Shown: positions 22,349 to 35,488 of the stretch, one piece after another
Layout of the letters: every line of letters begins with the position of its first letter
Position numbering within the stretch: position 1 is the stretch's first letter
Assembly: GCA_964016885.1 (NCBI GenBank)
Contig: OZ024740.1
Coordinates: 100,502,001 to 100,566,000, forward strand
Length of the DNA: 64,000 nt
Direction of reading: 5' to 3'
Origin: Eledone cirrhosa
Taxonomy: Eukaryota
Position numbers and translations under genes: made by a program
Notes under the pieces: model-generated
Database searches by the model: none
Seen by the model: the letters and a program-made list of their open reading frames with translations, nothing else
Told to the model about the DNA's origin: nothing

Positions 22349-25300
22349 ATCATCATCATCAAGGTTTAACGTCATCAAGGTTTAGCATGGGTTTAGACGG
22401 GAATTGTCCCACTTGAGGCAAGATTGGTCAGCTGCCCATGTCTCACTCGTATAGGACTGTCTGGCAGGTTTTCTACAGCTGGATGGACTTCCTAACACCA
22501 ACCACGTTTACAGTGTGGAACTGGGAGGTTTTTACCGTGTTACCTACATGGCCACATTACACCCTGCACTTTTTTTATACAGCTGTCGTCCTTCATGCGC
22601 ATCACGTGACCATACCAACGTAGTTGTCTTCTTTTGAGTAAACAGCATCTGATCTCTCTTATTCCTAATTTCTCACTTAGTTCATTTATGCTACGGAGCA
22701 TGGATGCTTCGTTCCACTCCAGTTTGCGCAAATCCTCTGCACACAAAGCCCATGTCTCACTGCCATGTAACATTGCTGTTCGTATACAGGTATCATACAA
22801 TCTGCCTTTCATTTTTAGAGAGAAACCTTTAGTGGTCAATAGTGGTCAAAGGTGTCCACTATTTATATAAAACCATCTGGGCAATGGAAGGAGCTAGTAT
22901 CCTGTGGCATCAGCCACATATAAAATCTACGTTCTTAGATAGCTTACATGTGATCCCACTACATCTTTTATGTACCCATAGTTTGCATTTGAGACATAAT
23001 ATGGAATTTCTGCCTACTCCTTTCTTACACACTGAGCATGGTCATTTTCTATTTGCCATACTAGAACTTTAGTCATAGACAAGTTAACTTTAAGGCCTTT
23101 TGATTCTAGGCCATGCTTCCATGTATGAAATTTCTTCTCTAGTTCAGCCATCGATTCAGCTATAAGAGTTAGATCATCTGCGTATAGAAGTTCCCAAAGG
23201 CAGCCGGTCTTGAACTCCTCTGTTATAGCCTGAAGGTCAATAATAAATAATAAAGACAGAGCCTTGATGAACACCAACTTTTACGCTAAATTCTTCACTA
23301 TATTCGTTGTTAATTCTAACCTTGCTGACTGTTTTTTATACATGGCTTGTATAGCTCTCACAACACATTCATCAACACCTAGTTTTCTAAGAGCTGACTA
23401 CATAATGGAGTGGGGGACTCTGTCAAAGGCTTTCTCCAAGTCAATAAAGGCTAAGTATAGGGTTTACTTTTAGCTAGGTACTTCTGTAGTTGTCGTACAA
23501 GAAAAAGAATGTCCGTGGTACTTTTACCTGACACAAACCCAAACTGCATTTCATCTATATCAATTCGCTCTCTGATTAGTTGCGCTATAACTCTTTCTAT
23601 GACCTTCATGACCTGGTCAATCAATTTAATGCCTCTATAGTTTCCCCTATCAAGGGCATCTCCTTTACCCTTGTAGCAGTTAATGATGATGCTGTATGCC
23701 AGTCATTGGGTATGACCCCATTCTGTATGACTTGGTTTACTATCCAGGTGACCATAGTGTGTCTGACCATTACAGATGCTTTCAGCATTTCAGCAACTAT
23801 CTCCGAAGGCCCAGTTACCTTGCCTGTCTTCATATCTTTGATTGCCTTACTTATTATACTATCTTCAACTTGCACTGCTGGTCCCTCTATTGGATCAATT
23901 TGGGGCAGACTATCTTTTTCCCATTTATTCTCCTCATTTGTAGCCTCTCGTAGTGGCACTTCCAAGCTACCTTCTTATCAGTATCAGTGAAGGCAAGTAC
24001 ACCATCATCACTACGGACACACTTCTCCCCAACAATATCAGGGTTTTCCTTGACACATTGTCTTGCAATACTGAACACCTCACGTGCTTCCCTTCTTGCA
24101 AAGTACACTTGACTGCTAGCTTCACTCCTGGCCACTTGATAGTGTTCTCTACATCCCCCATCCTGCCATACTTTCCAAGACTGCTTTTTGGCCTTGATTG
24201 ACTCCACCACCTTACTATTCCACCACCCAGTTACTCTCCTCCTGCCTATAGGTCTGCTCCAGCCACAGATTTCATCTGTTGCCTTCAGCAAGTTAACTTT
24301 CAGGAATTCCCACTGTTCCTCTATATTGTACGTCTCTAATTGCTCTTCCTTACTGTCAAAAGATTCAAGTAATATGCTTTTAAATTTGTTACTGGATGTG
24401 GAGTCCTTTAACTTCCATATTCTTCTCCTCAGGGTAGTTCTCCTCTGTTGTCGAGTACATCTAGTCCTGACTATGAGGTCGCTAACTATGAGGCCATGTT
24501 GGGAGGTGCATTCTTCATGGGGGAGGGATTTAGTGTTTACGACACACTCTATCACATCTTCTGGTAAGGATATAATCTATCTGACTGGCGTGTTCCCCTG
24601 ATCTATAGGTGATCAAGTGATTGTCTCTTTTTTTTTATGTTTGTATTACAGATATTAGGTTATTAGCATTACAGAATTCCAGGATTCTGAAGCCTTCCTC
24701 ATTTCTAGTACCAAACCCATAGCCTCCATGGATTCTGTCATAGTCGTCACAATGTTGTCCAACATGACCATTTAGTTCGGCAACAATAATTATGTAGTCA
24801 CTGTAGGTTATTTGGGAGGTAGTGAGCATTAGTGACTCATAGAATCTGTCTTTTATAACGCCAGGTAGTCCAGATTGTGGTGCATAAGCAGATATTATTG
24901 TCACAGTAGAACTACAGTGACAATAATATCTGCTTATGCACCACAATTTTAATTATTCTGTTGTTCACTCTATTTACAGAAATTGCCTTATCTACCTATT
25001 TTTCTGCTAACATGAGTCCTACGCCACCCAGCCCATTGTCATTTCCCACCCAGAAAAGTATATAGCATCGTTTTTTACCCACAATGAATCTAGCAGACCC
25101 ACCCCTCCACCTAGTCTCTTGAACACAACAAACTTCAACTTCCTTACATCCAAGCATCTTTACAACCTCATTTGAGTGACCTTTTAAAGTGTCTACATTC
25201 ATGGTACCAACTCTGAAGTTTTGGATTTCGTTGGGTGGGTGGAAGGGATGGGTTGGAGGTGGAGGGAGGTGTGAGGGGGACGGGGTTATGTTAACCATCT

Positions 25301-25400
25301 GTGTCTGAAATAAAGAGGAGTCCTTGCATTCTAGTCCGGCAACATGAGGTGAATTTATCTTTATCTTTGACATTGTCATTGAGTGTTCACATTCTTCAGA
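22349..25400 (-). mobile_element. Decayed near full-length RTE-clade LINE (APE plus RT)
   Basis: Fragments RVGTMNV..CCVQETRW, ISAYAPQ, NGHVG, ELLYADD, LRWYGHV; (GAT)n tail at 22349-22360; 3' UTR related to 60130-60450. Confidence 0.88.
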
Positions 25401-25874
25401 CTCTACAAATCCTGTAGTCCATCTAGCATATCGAGGAAGGACTACTAGCCGAGGCGGTGGTTTTGTGAAAGAAATTGGGGAGAGAAACATATTATAAGCC
25501 GCTGAATTATGGTTGGACCAAATAGTAATGGTGGCGGGTGGGGGCGTGGGGTAGGGAAATGGGAAGGTTAATGAGCAGAATAATTTTTCTGAGTGTCCTA
25601 CATATTTGACCCTAATTATGTATTCTACCATTATTCCATATATTATATATTCTACTATTTCAGCTTCCCACTTCGTTCTATTCCTCTGCAACTGCAAGAA
25701 AGCAGTATTGAATTATTTTTCACCTAATTATATTAACTAATTTTTCTTAACTTTAATAATATCTTAGATATTTGCTCATATATATATAAACTCATATTAC
25801 AGAAAGGTCACTATTTTGATGCTTCTTGTTTTCCTTAGGTAGCACCTTTGTTCTGTGTATGAACATAAATAAAT

Positions 25875-25923
<49 letters not shown>

Positions 25924-26059
25924 CTATGTGTGTGTGTATTGATATACACATTTTGTCATGTGTATTCAGTTTAGCTTATCCCTTTATGTAATAAGAAGAG
26001 ACTAAAACGTTTGCTGTCAGTAAGGGTATCACACTGTATAACACTGCCTCAAAATATGT

Positions 26060-26412
26060 TCAACCTATGCTAGCATGGAAATGTTGATGATTATGTAGGT
26101 GTCATGACAAAAAGCACCCAGTAAACAGAGTTGGGATTAGGTCATCCAGCAGTAGAAACCAAGCCAAAATCAGTTCTGTATGAGCAAGACAAGATCATCT
26201 GACCTGGCTTGCATCAAAGGGACAACTCATCTAACCCATGCTAGTGTGGGAAAATGGACATTAGATGGTGATGATGATGATGGTGATATATATATAAATT
26301 TGTGCCGGATGAGCTAAACATAGACTTCTGACTTGATTTTCTCCATAAGGGTCAACCCATCCTACCCATGCTAGTGTGGAAGACAGGCATTAAATGATGA
26401 TGATGATGATGT
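26060..26412 (+). mobile_element. Cluster of short RTE 3'-tail fragments
   Basis: Three CC(C/T)ATGCTAG..TGG(A/G)A...(GAT)n termini (~26065, ~26235, ~26365), plus the AAAAGCACCCAG block of the RTE 3' UTR. Confidence 0.65.
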
Positions 26413-27571
26413 TGATATATATATATAGTCCATTTTCCTTGCTAGCAAGGGTTGGAAGGGTCAGCACAGACTGTGTCAGTACTCAAGTAGAATTACTGAT
26501 CTCTCAGATGAACCAGCAATCTCGTTCACTCATATCCCTTAAAGTTCAGGGTGCTCAGTGGGCCAGGCGCTTGCATTTAGCTTACAAAATATTCCTATGA
26601 TCTACTGGGTGCATTTTACATGGTGTTAGTATCTGTGAGTCGTCATGTCTTTGACATAACTGAAGATTCCTCTTCGCCTTTTTCTAGGCAAGTTTCTATG
26701 GCTGGATGCGCTTCCTATCAACCACTTAAAAGTGTATACTGGGGGCATTTATTGCATAAATCACAAACACTATAGAGGCTATTGACACAACTGAAGAGCT
26801 CTCACTTATCAATGTAGGGTAGGATTATGAGTGATGAGTTAGTGTTTTGAGGGGTGTGGGATTGATCTTGAATAGAGAGTAGGTATTAGGATGTGGTGAC
26901 CTCCAGTAATGTGGGAGGTTCTGTGGTGATAATAGTTATTTAACAGTATTATACCTAGGGAGTTAGGATTTGGGGGCTGGGAGTGAGCATTAGTGGAGTC
27001 ATAAGGCTGGATAGTGTGGATGCTACGGTTATGAATGAGGATATTCCTGGATGAGGTAGAGATTGAGGTATATATGGGGTCTTGGAAGGTTGTAGGATAG
27101 GTATAAAAAAAGTGGGAGGGTCACATGAATGTGTCAGGTTTCATTTTATTGATGAATCTTCACCTGTACAGCAATCACCACACTTAATGGTCGTTTATTA
27201 TCGCTGTTGAAAGGCTCAGCTTTTGAATGTCAATCCTCCCAATTTCATCCCATGAATTTTGGGGTCTGAGATTTCTCTGCACTTCTTTATACAATTGTAA
27301 TCTTTGATATACATCACATGTCCATACCAATGCTGCCTTCTCTCTTACACATTACATTCAATTTCATTAAATTCCTCTTATTCCAAGTTTATCTATCAAC
27401 TTGTTTATACTATGTCACTCATGCACACTTATATTACACATCCATTGGATATATATAAATGATGCAAAACAAAGATACAATGTGTAAGCTATATTAATAC
27501 CAACTATGAAAGAATGTCTTCTTCTTGTTACCTATTCATGAGGTATGATGTGGTAGATAGAACCTTCTTAG

Positions 27572-27792
27572 GGTTGTGGTTTAACATTATTGATAGAACA
27601 TTGGACAACATGATTCATGACATATAGTTACATTCCTTTATGTTCTGTGGTTAAATCTCTCCAAGGTTAACTATGCCTTTCATCCTTATGGAGTTGAGAA
27701 AATAAAGTACCAATATTGCACTGTGATTGAATTAATCGACTTTCCCTTCAACAACAATTGCTGGCCTTGTGCCTAATGTAGAAATCATTATT
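27572..27792 (+). mobile_element. Older diverged copy of the ATT-tailed SINE
   Basis: GGTTAACTATGCCTTTCATCCTTATGGAG...GCTGGCCTTGTGCCTAATGTAGAAATCATTATT. Confidence 0.7.
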
Positions 27793-28380
27793 AGTATTAC
27801 TGTTGTTGCTGTTTCCCCACCCACATCATGTATCAAAAAATACATATAGTCATGTCTTTGACTGATGGCTGATAGTATAGGAGTTAGAACAAAAGGAAGG
27901 AAAAGAAGGAAAGAAACCTCGGCAATCTTAGAATTAAGGAAGCACTAATTATAGACAAAACACAACCACCAATCAATAATAGACTAGAACTCAACACCCA
28001 ATTTGTAACTTGATAGAGCATCTAGCCCCATACTTACCCCCCCCCCATACACACACATGCTTACACCTCCACTTATTCTCTCTTACACACACACATACAC
28101 ACACAAAGACCAGTTCTAACACGAGAGAACATCTATCCCCTACATTTACGTATAGACATATCTTCTCACACTGACATACACACACACATACTTACACATT
28201 CAGGCATTCTCCCACACACTTAAACAAACATGTACAAAAAAAAACCTTTTAAAGGGAGACTACTCTTTATCCACCTAACCTTAACTCTTTGACATTAGAG
28301 ATAGAACAGATACTCTATACCATTTCCTGTCAGCATGACTTGGCAAGCTATTTAGAACACTGGTTTAACCGCTTCACTTC

Positions 28381-28415
28381 CCTCTGAAGAAGAGATATTA
28401 TCTCGAAAATTAAGG
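28381..28415 (+). ncRNA. Minimal type I hammerhead-ribozyme-like motif (Penelope-associated)
   Basis: CCT-CTGAAGA-A-GAGATA(T)TATCTC-GAAA-ATTA-AGG: core boxes, stem II and a short stem I. Confidence 0.55.
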
Positions 28416-28887
28416 ACATTTAAATAAATCTAAGGTAAAAGACTAGTTGTCAACAATATCTTTTGCATTTGCATTTTTATTCTATGTCCATACCTGCATT
28501 GTTTGGCTTTACAAATTCAAACGTTTATACCTCATTACACAATGCTTCAAGTGAACTATAACTTCCTCCTAAAATGATATGTATTTTCTAACCAAAACAT
28601 CTATAATTAACAGAATTGAAAAACATCCCCTTCCTCCATAACTAAGTTTACTGAATGATATTTGTAGTATCTCATGTCAGTGTAATGCCAGTATCAAACA
28701 CTTATATGACCTACATATCCATTTAATTACATTTATTCAAAAATTATATTTCAAATAAAAATATGGTCTGTGATGTATCAAATGGATTATATTTAATTTG
28801 TAACATGATTACTTCTTTCATTACTGCAATGAAATACATGCTTAGTAATGAAAAGGAAGCAAGTGAATGTTTCCAACTATTGATATT

Positions 28888-29045
28888 ATATGGCTGTATG
28901 GTTTAGATGTCCATTTTGGAACCACAGGTTTGGGGTTTTGTTCTATGCTGTGGAATCTTATGCAAGTATCTGCTACTTTAGCTTTGGGTTGATAAAAGCA
29001 TTATGATTAAAGTTTAGGTATATGGAAACTGAATGGAAACCCATT
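28888..29045 (+). mobile_element. Degenerate tRNA-type SINE of a different family
   Basis: TGGCTGTATGGTT A-box-like start, ends GGAAACTGAATGGAAACCC before a (CA)/(TA) microsatellite. Confidence 0.45.
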
Positions 29046-29129
29046 ATACACACACACACATATATATATGCTACCAGTTCTTTGAGAAAATAACACCACA
29101 CTTCAGGACAGGGCATATCAAAGGACCGA

Positions 29130-29320
29130 AATAATTGTTTCTACATTTGGCACAAGGCCAGCAATTACCCAGTGCATGACTGGTAGTTTATTTTATTGAC
29201 CCAGTAAGGATAAAAGGAAAGTTGACCATGGCAGGAATTGAACTCAGACTATAAAGGGCCGTAACTCTATGCTGCAAAGCATGGTGTCCGAACCTCTACC
29301 GATACTGCCAATCCACCACC
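29130..29320 (-). mobile_element. ATT-tailed SINE, full length
   Basis: Reverse complement of the 35551-35741 family. Confidence 0.88.
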
Positions 29321-29672
29321 TTAGGTGGATTGGCATAATGGAAGTAAACATTGTTCCACCATTATGTTTTTCCATTGTTTCTGTTCAAGTTCTAGCTGTG
29401 TGATAAAGTCAGAGCTGTTGAATAATGGTTATCCCCGAAATATATATACAGCGAATATAAATAAAGAAAGTTAATTTTAACCTGTTAACTTACACTTCTT
29501 GTTTATATCTATCTATGAAAAGGGAGTAAGGTTCTATACAAAGCAGCGGTTATAGAGAAACAGTGGAATTGGCAACAGCACGGTAAATATATTTAAAGGA
29601 TCTGTTTTTCCTTTTTTCTTCTTTGATCCGTCAATGTGACATTATTGAAAAAATAAGAAAAGGAGTTTTATA

Positions 29673-31466
29673 ATGTATATGAAATATAGTGCTGAGAAGA
29701 AAGATGCATGGAAGAGTCATTATGATAGATTACTAAATGAGGAGAATGCATGGGAAGAAGAGACCCTACCCCACGTAGACCCTATAGAGGGACCAGCAGT
29801 ACAAGTCAGCGGCAGCATAGTAAGTAAGGCAATCAGAGATATGAAGATAGGGAAGGCAACCGGTCCATCGGGTATAGCTGCCGAGATGCTGAAGGCATCT
29901 GGGTCTGTAGGTCACACTATAACCACACGTATCGTTAACCAGGTAATACTAGAGGGGGCCATACCAAAAGATTGGTGCAGTAGCATCATTGTCAACTGCT
30001 ACAAAGGTAAAGGCGATGCACTAGATAGAGGAAACTATAGAGGTATAAAGTTGATGGACCAGGTCATGAAAGTAACAGAAAGAGTTATAGCACAGCTGAT
30101 TAGGGACCGGGTGAATATAGACGAGATGCAATTTGGGTTTGTACCAGGGAAAGGCACCACTGATGCCCTCTTCCTTGTGAGGCAATTACAGGAAAAGTAC
30201 CTAGCTAAAAGTAAGCCACTCTACTTGGCATTTGTCGACCTTGAGAAAGCCTTTGACAGAGTTCCACATGCAGTAATCTGGTGGGCTCTTAGAAAACTAG
30301 GAGTAGATGAATGGCTTGTGAAAGCGGTACAAGCCATGTATAGGGGAGCAGTCAGCAAAGTTAGGATTGGCAATGAGTATAGCGAGGAATTTAGCGTACA
30401 GGTTGGGGTCCACCAGGGCTCTGTTCTTAGCCCTCTCCTGTTCATCATAGTCCTGCAGGCAATAACGGAGGAGTTTAAGACCGGATGCCCATGGGAACTC
30501 CTGTATGCTGATGACCTCGCACTCATAGCTGAATCTATGGTAGAACTAGAGAATAAATTCCAAACCTGGAAGCAGGGACTAGAGAGAAAGGGCCTCAAAG
30601 TCAACATGACAAAGACTAAGGTCCTTGTAAGTAGACGAGAAAACAGAACCCAGATCCCCTCAGGGAAATGGCCTTGCTCAGTATGTAGGAAAGGTGTAGG
30701 TAGGAACTCCATTCTCTGCCCCAAATGCAAACAATGGGTACACAAGAGATGTAGCGGGATCTCAGGAAGCTTAATTAAGAATGTAGGATTCACATGCAGC
30801 AGCTGTGCTGAAACAGCAAGCAAACAGCCACAGGAAACAAGTACCACCAATCTCTGGGAGGGCCCTGTAGAAACAGTAGACAGCTTCTGCTACCTAGGTG
30901 ACCGAATTAGCAACGGAGGTGGGTGCTCAGAAAGTACAATAACTAGGGTAAGAACGGGATGGAAGAAGTTTAGGGAACTACTACCACTGCTAGCTGCAAA
31001 AGGCTTCTCCCTCAGAATGAAAGGCAGACTGTATGATGCGTGTATCCGAACAGCGATGTTGCATGGTAGTGAGACCTGGGCGCTGAAGGTGGAAGACTTA
31101 CGTAGATTAGAGAGAAACGAAGCCTGCATGCTCCGATGGATGTGTAACAGTAATATACGTGAACGACAAAGCATAAAGGAATTGAGAGAGAGACTGAGCA
31201 TAAGAGGAATCAAATGCTGCGTGCAGGAGAGGCGGTTACGCTGGTATGGACATGTGATGCGTATGAAGGATGACAGCTGCATAAAAAGGTGCAGAGCACT
31301 AGAAGTTGATGGAAACCGCGGAGTGGGGAGACCCAAGATGACTTGGGATGAGGTGATAAAAGCCGACCTTACCCAACTACACCTCTCAAAGTCAATGACA
31401 CACGACCGTGACTTCTGGCGTCACGCAGTAATACAGGGTACCCGACCTCCCATGGGTACATGCTGA
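29673..31466 (+). CDS. RTE reverse transcriptase ORF (uninterrupted; first 5 codons from flanking DNA; lacks endonuclease)
   Basis: NYRGIKL, QFGF, FVDLEKAFDRV, GVHQGSVLSPLLF, LLYADD, embedded C4HC3 finger, FCYLG, RLRWYGHV. Confidence 0.85.
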   Translation: MYMKYSAEKKDAWKSHYDRLLNEENAWEEETLPHVDPIEGPAVQVSGSIVSKAIRDMKIGKATGPSGIAAEMLKASGSVGHTITTRIVNQVILEGAIPKDWCSSIIVNCYKGKGDALDRGNYRGIKLMDQVMKVTERVIAQLIRDRVNIDEMQFGFVPGKGTTDALFLVRQLQEKYLAKSKPLYLAFVDLEKAFDRVPHAVIWWALRKLGVDEWLVKAVQAMYRGAVSKVRIGNEYSEEFSVQVGVHQGSVLSPLLFIIVLQAITEEFKTGCPWELLYADDLALIAESMVELENKFQTWKQGLERKGLKVNMTKTKVLVSRRENRTQIPSGKWPCSVCRKGVGRNSILCPKCKQWVHKRCSGISGSLIKNVGFTCSSCAETASKQPQETSTTNLWEGPVETVDSFCYLGDRISNGGGCSESTITRVRTGWKKFRELLPLLAAKGFSLRMKGRLYDACIRTAMLHGSETWALKVEDLRRLERNEACMLRWMCNSNIRERQSIKELRERLSIRGIKCCVQERRLRWYGHVMRMKDDSCIKRCRALEVDGNRGVGRPKMTWDEVIKADLTQLHLSKSMTHDRDFWRHAVIQGTRPPMGTC

Positions 31467-31768
31467 AGCATATAAACAATATGCCCCCCCCCCCCACCGC
31501 AAGGTGGCCGTGGAGGTGCCACGGCAAAAAAGCACCCAGCCCACACTGTAAAGTGGACGCGTAGGCGCCACGAAAAAGCACCCAGCACTCACTGTAAATG
31601 AGGTTGGTGTTAGGAAGGGCATCCAGCTGTAGAAATCAAGCCAGATCAGTTCCTGTATGAGCAAGGCATGGTCAGCCGACCAGACACTGCCCACAACAGG
31701 ACAACCCGTCTAACCCATGCTAGCGTGGAAGAACGGACGTAAAACGGTGATGATGATGATGATGATGA
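29688..31768 (+). mobile_element. Young RTE-clade LINE, 5'-truncated
   Basis: Highly similar to 10720-12790, with 3' UTR and (GAT)n tail; possible imperfect TSD (ATGAAATATA / ATGAATATA). Confidence 0.94.
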
Positions 31769-32268
31769 ATATATAACCAGTTTCGATATATCAGTGTAAT
31801 CCATCTTATCAAATGTTGAATATTACAATTAAAAAGAATTAAAAATAAAAATTAAGTATTGAAGAAGGTCTGTTCATCTTTCTTGTTGAGAAGAAGAATG
31901 GGTCTAAAATGGAACCATGTATATATAAAGAGAGAGGTAGTAATAGTAGTATTGGTGGTATTTGTGTCTTTTCACAGAACAAAATTATATTTAGGGAGAG
32001 GAATTTTGTGTATGTATGTGTGTATATCTCAATTGTGTTAAAAGACTGGTCAAGAGTTCAAATGGGGGTGGCAGAGAGGGGAAATGTAAGCCAGAGACAA
32101 TTGCTATAGGGGAGTGAGGTATATGGCATTGTCACTTGTATAGGATTATAAAAGAAATTGTATTTTAGGAATATGGTTTTAGAGGGTATGAGTGTCTATG
32201 TGGGAGTGTGTATATAAATATATATATATGTGTGTCTGTGTGTGTAGTTACATACACATATTTTTTTT

Positions 32269-32299
<31 letters not shown>

Positions 32300-32301
<2 letters not shown>

Positions 32302-34660
32302 CATCATCATCATCATTTTATATCCATTTTTCCATTATTTCATTGGTTGGATAGATCTTTTCTAGCACTGCTTCCCTTCATTTGTTGTGGGCCTTCAACA
32401 TCTCCTCCATGAGCTCTAACAATTTGAGATCTGCTCAGGTATTCCTTGGTCTTTCTCCATTGGGATCTCTTGGCACTTTTTCACCCAACAATCATTATCC
32501 ATATGAATCACCTGCTTATGCCAGTATAGTATTCTCTCCTGCACACTATAAATGATTCTTCTTATATCCAGCTTTTCTCTCTGTTCATTCACGCTTTATA
32601 ATTCATGCATTGTACATCCATTAAGGCATGCTCATCTCATTTCCCTCAAGCTTTTGTATATCCTCTGCATTCACTGTCCATGTCTCACTACCATGCAACA
32701 TCGCACACAACACATATACAGTCATAGCTCCTTGAACGACTTTTCCTCGAGCTACTATGTTCTCCAAGCTAACTTCTCCATTGCTAATTTGATTACCTAG
32801 GTATTAAAGTTATCAACCTCCTCTATGGATCCTTCCTGAGATTAGGAAAGGTGTATTTCACTGCTGTTCTTACTAGCAACTCTCCTTGTGCTTCTACTAC
32901 ATACAAAGTCTACATTTTCTATTAGCCTGCCTGCTATCTCCCTACAAGTCTTGTGTACCCAAATATAGATTTTCTACCTGTTCCTCAAGCAAGGTTACTT
33001 CTCAGATGGGATCAGTGTCTTGTATTTTTTTTCTACTTATTAATCATTTTTTTTTGCCAAATTTAAGATATTTTGATTCTGCTTCCTAAGTCAAACTTTT
33101 TTCTATGCTTATTCAGATTCAGCTATAAGAACTAGTGCATCAGCATGCAGTAGTTCCAATGGTCAACCTGTCTTCAATTCCCCTGTTACAGCCTGGAGAA
33201 CTATAATAAACATTGGTGAGCTCAGGACCGAGTACTAATGAACAACTACCTGCTCATTGAATTCCTCATTAAACCCCTTACCTACTCTCATTTATTGAGA
33301 GCTTGTCTGTACATAACTTGCTGAAGCAATTGTTTTACACCTTAAGGATTACCAGATGACAGATTGTGGTACTTTGTCAAAGGCCTTCTCCATATCACCG
33401 AAAGCTAGATATAGGGGCTTACTCGTAGCTAGGAACTTCTCTCAAAGTTGTCTCACTTAAGAAGGGGTCATCTGTGGTGCTCTTCCCTGACACACAACAA
33501 AGCTGCATCTCATCTAATTTGGGTCTTTTTCTAATTAGTTGAGCTAAAACTTTTTCTGTCACTTTCATAACTTGACACATCAGTTTTATTTGCCTGTATC
33601 TGCTCTTTTCTAGGGCATCACCTTTTCCTTTGTTGCAATTAATGAGTATGCTGCTACAGTAGTCAATGGGTGTGATGCCATCATGTTTTACCTGATTGAT
33701 TATGCAGGTGAGTAATTCAAATCCTACTTCCCCAGAAGATTTCAGCATCTCAGCAAATTATCTTCTCTCCATTGGACTGGTGGCATTCCCATTATTAACT
33801 CTGTCATTGTTTCTTTGACCCTATATTTCTCAATTTTGATTGCTAGTCCATCTGTTGAGTTAGCAAGGGGGAGTTTCTCTTCCTCCTACTCATTCTCCAC
33901 ATTCATCAACCACTCATAATAGCATTTCCTGGCATCCTTCTTTTGATCATCAATGACACTAAGTGCACCAGTGTCATTTTGAACATACAAGGGCTGGCTT
34001 AAAAGAACATAGGCTGACCAAGATACTATCATGGAATGACAAAATAAACTCTATTTTTAAACAGTCATTGGAGAAAAAAAGTGCAGTTATTAATAAAAAA
34101 GATTTGAAGTTAATGCATGCAAGATTCCATAGCTCTAGTATCATGCCTTCATTATCAATCTCTGAACTTTTCAACTGACCCTCATATGTTTCCCCAACAA
34201 TATCTTGGTTTTCACTGAAAAACTGCTTTGGGTGTGGAAACTTCACATCTGTGATCCTCATACTGTAAGACATAGGCAATATTACTTTTTTTCAGCTTCT
34301 ATATATGTTATGTATACTTGTTATCTAGCTCCTCCTTTAGCTACCTGGTACTGATTTTTGCTGTCCCCATTTTTCCAGTCTTTCTACATTTATCTCGTTT
34401 CTTTAATAGTTCTATTCATCATGCTGTTCCAACAACAGGTCACTCTCTGTTTGGCTGGTGCTTTGCTTCAGTTATAAACCTTGTTAGTAGTGTGTAGTAA
34501 GTTGTCTTGTAGAAACTTCCATTTGTCCCCTATATCATATGTATCTAACATTTCATCTTTCTTGTCATAAGCTTCCTGTAGAGCTTTTCTGAACCTATTT
34601 TTAACAGAGTTGTCTTTTAGCTTACAAGTAAAATGTCAATCTGATTTGTCTGTTCTCATG
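32300..34660 (-). mobile_element. Old, heavily decayed RTE-clade LINE
   Basis: ORF 33419-33748 (KGKGDALEKSRYRQIKLM..VMKVTEKV) and (GAT)n tail at 32300-32315; interrupted by a MITE. Confidence 0.8.
33986..34186. mobile_element. Tc1/mariner-type MITE (~200 bp)
   Basis: TA-CAAGGGCTGGCTTAAAAG...CTTTTCAACTGACCCTCA-TA imperfect TIRs; same family at 40188 and 60825. Confidence 0.75.
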
Positions 34661-34799
34661 AAGATTTATCTATATTCCAAAATTCTCAGGAATTGCTTAG
34701 GTTTTTCATGATCATTCCCTTCTCTTTGAAAAATCAATCTGTTAGTCATTTCAAATTTTCCTTCTAAGCGAGGACATTGTAAAATGTAAAATGTTTCAA

Positions 34800-35100
34800 A
34801 TCTATAAAGAAAAAGAATAAGAAATGGAGTGGTTGTGGCCACTATCAATGATGATTTACCTTTTACTAATCCAGAAGATATTATAGATGAAACTATTGCT
34901 TTAACATTATCACGAAATTGTAGAACTGTAACATTTTTCTCAATGCCATTGAATAATGCTGAAAAGAAATCTTATTATGTAGTTGTAAAAGAAGCCTCTG
35001 CAGTATTAGAAGCTGTGGGAAAATGAAAACATTTCCATCAAGAAACATTTTGATTTAGTGACAGATCAAAAGTTTATTTCATTCATGATCAGCAATAAAA
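34800..35100 (+). pseudogene. Ty3/gypsy RNase H fragment
   Basis: LPF..D..TIALTL....TVTFFS..LNNAEK..Y..VKEASAVLEAVGK*KH...LVTDQK. Confidence 0.75.
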
Positions 35101-35488
35101 AAAAAATGGATTTCTGTTTTTTTAACAGCATGATGAAATCAAACTTACATTTCTCTCATACATTATGATGGATATTCTTTTGGTTGTTTGATCAACTGAA
35201 TGTCCAACTTGTGAATTAACATATAAGTGGCTTCTATTCCACAGACCCGCAGTTAACATAATTCTCAAGCTGAATCAGTGTGACACAATATATAAGATGA
35301 TGGCAATGTTCATACAATTTCCATTTACAATTTCATTGACAAGGCTTGAATCAACTCAAAGCAATGGGAAATATATCTTAGATGCCAAAGAGTAGAATAA
35401 AACCTAAGACCTCATGACTACTTATAAATTATAGATCTAACTTGAAATATGTTTCAGCTGATCATCTGTCTTGTGTTTAGGGTACTAC

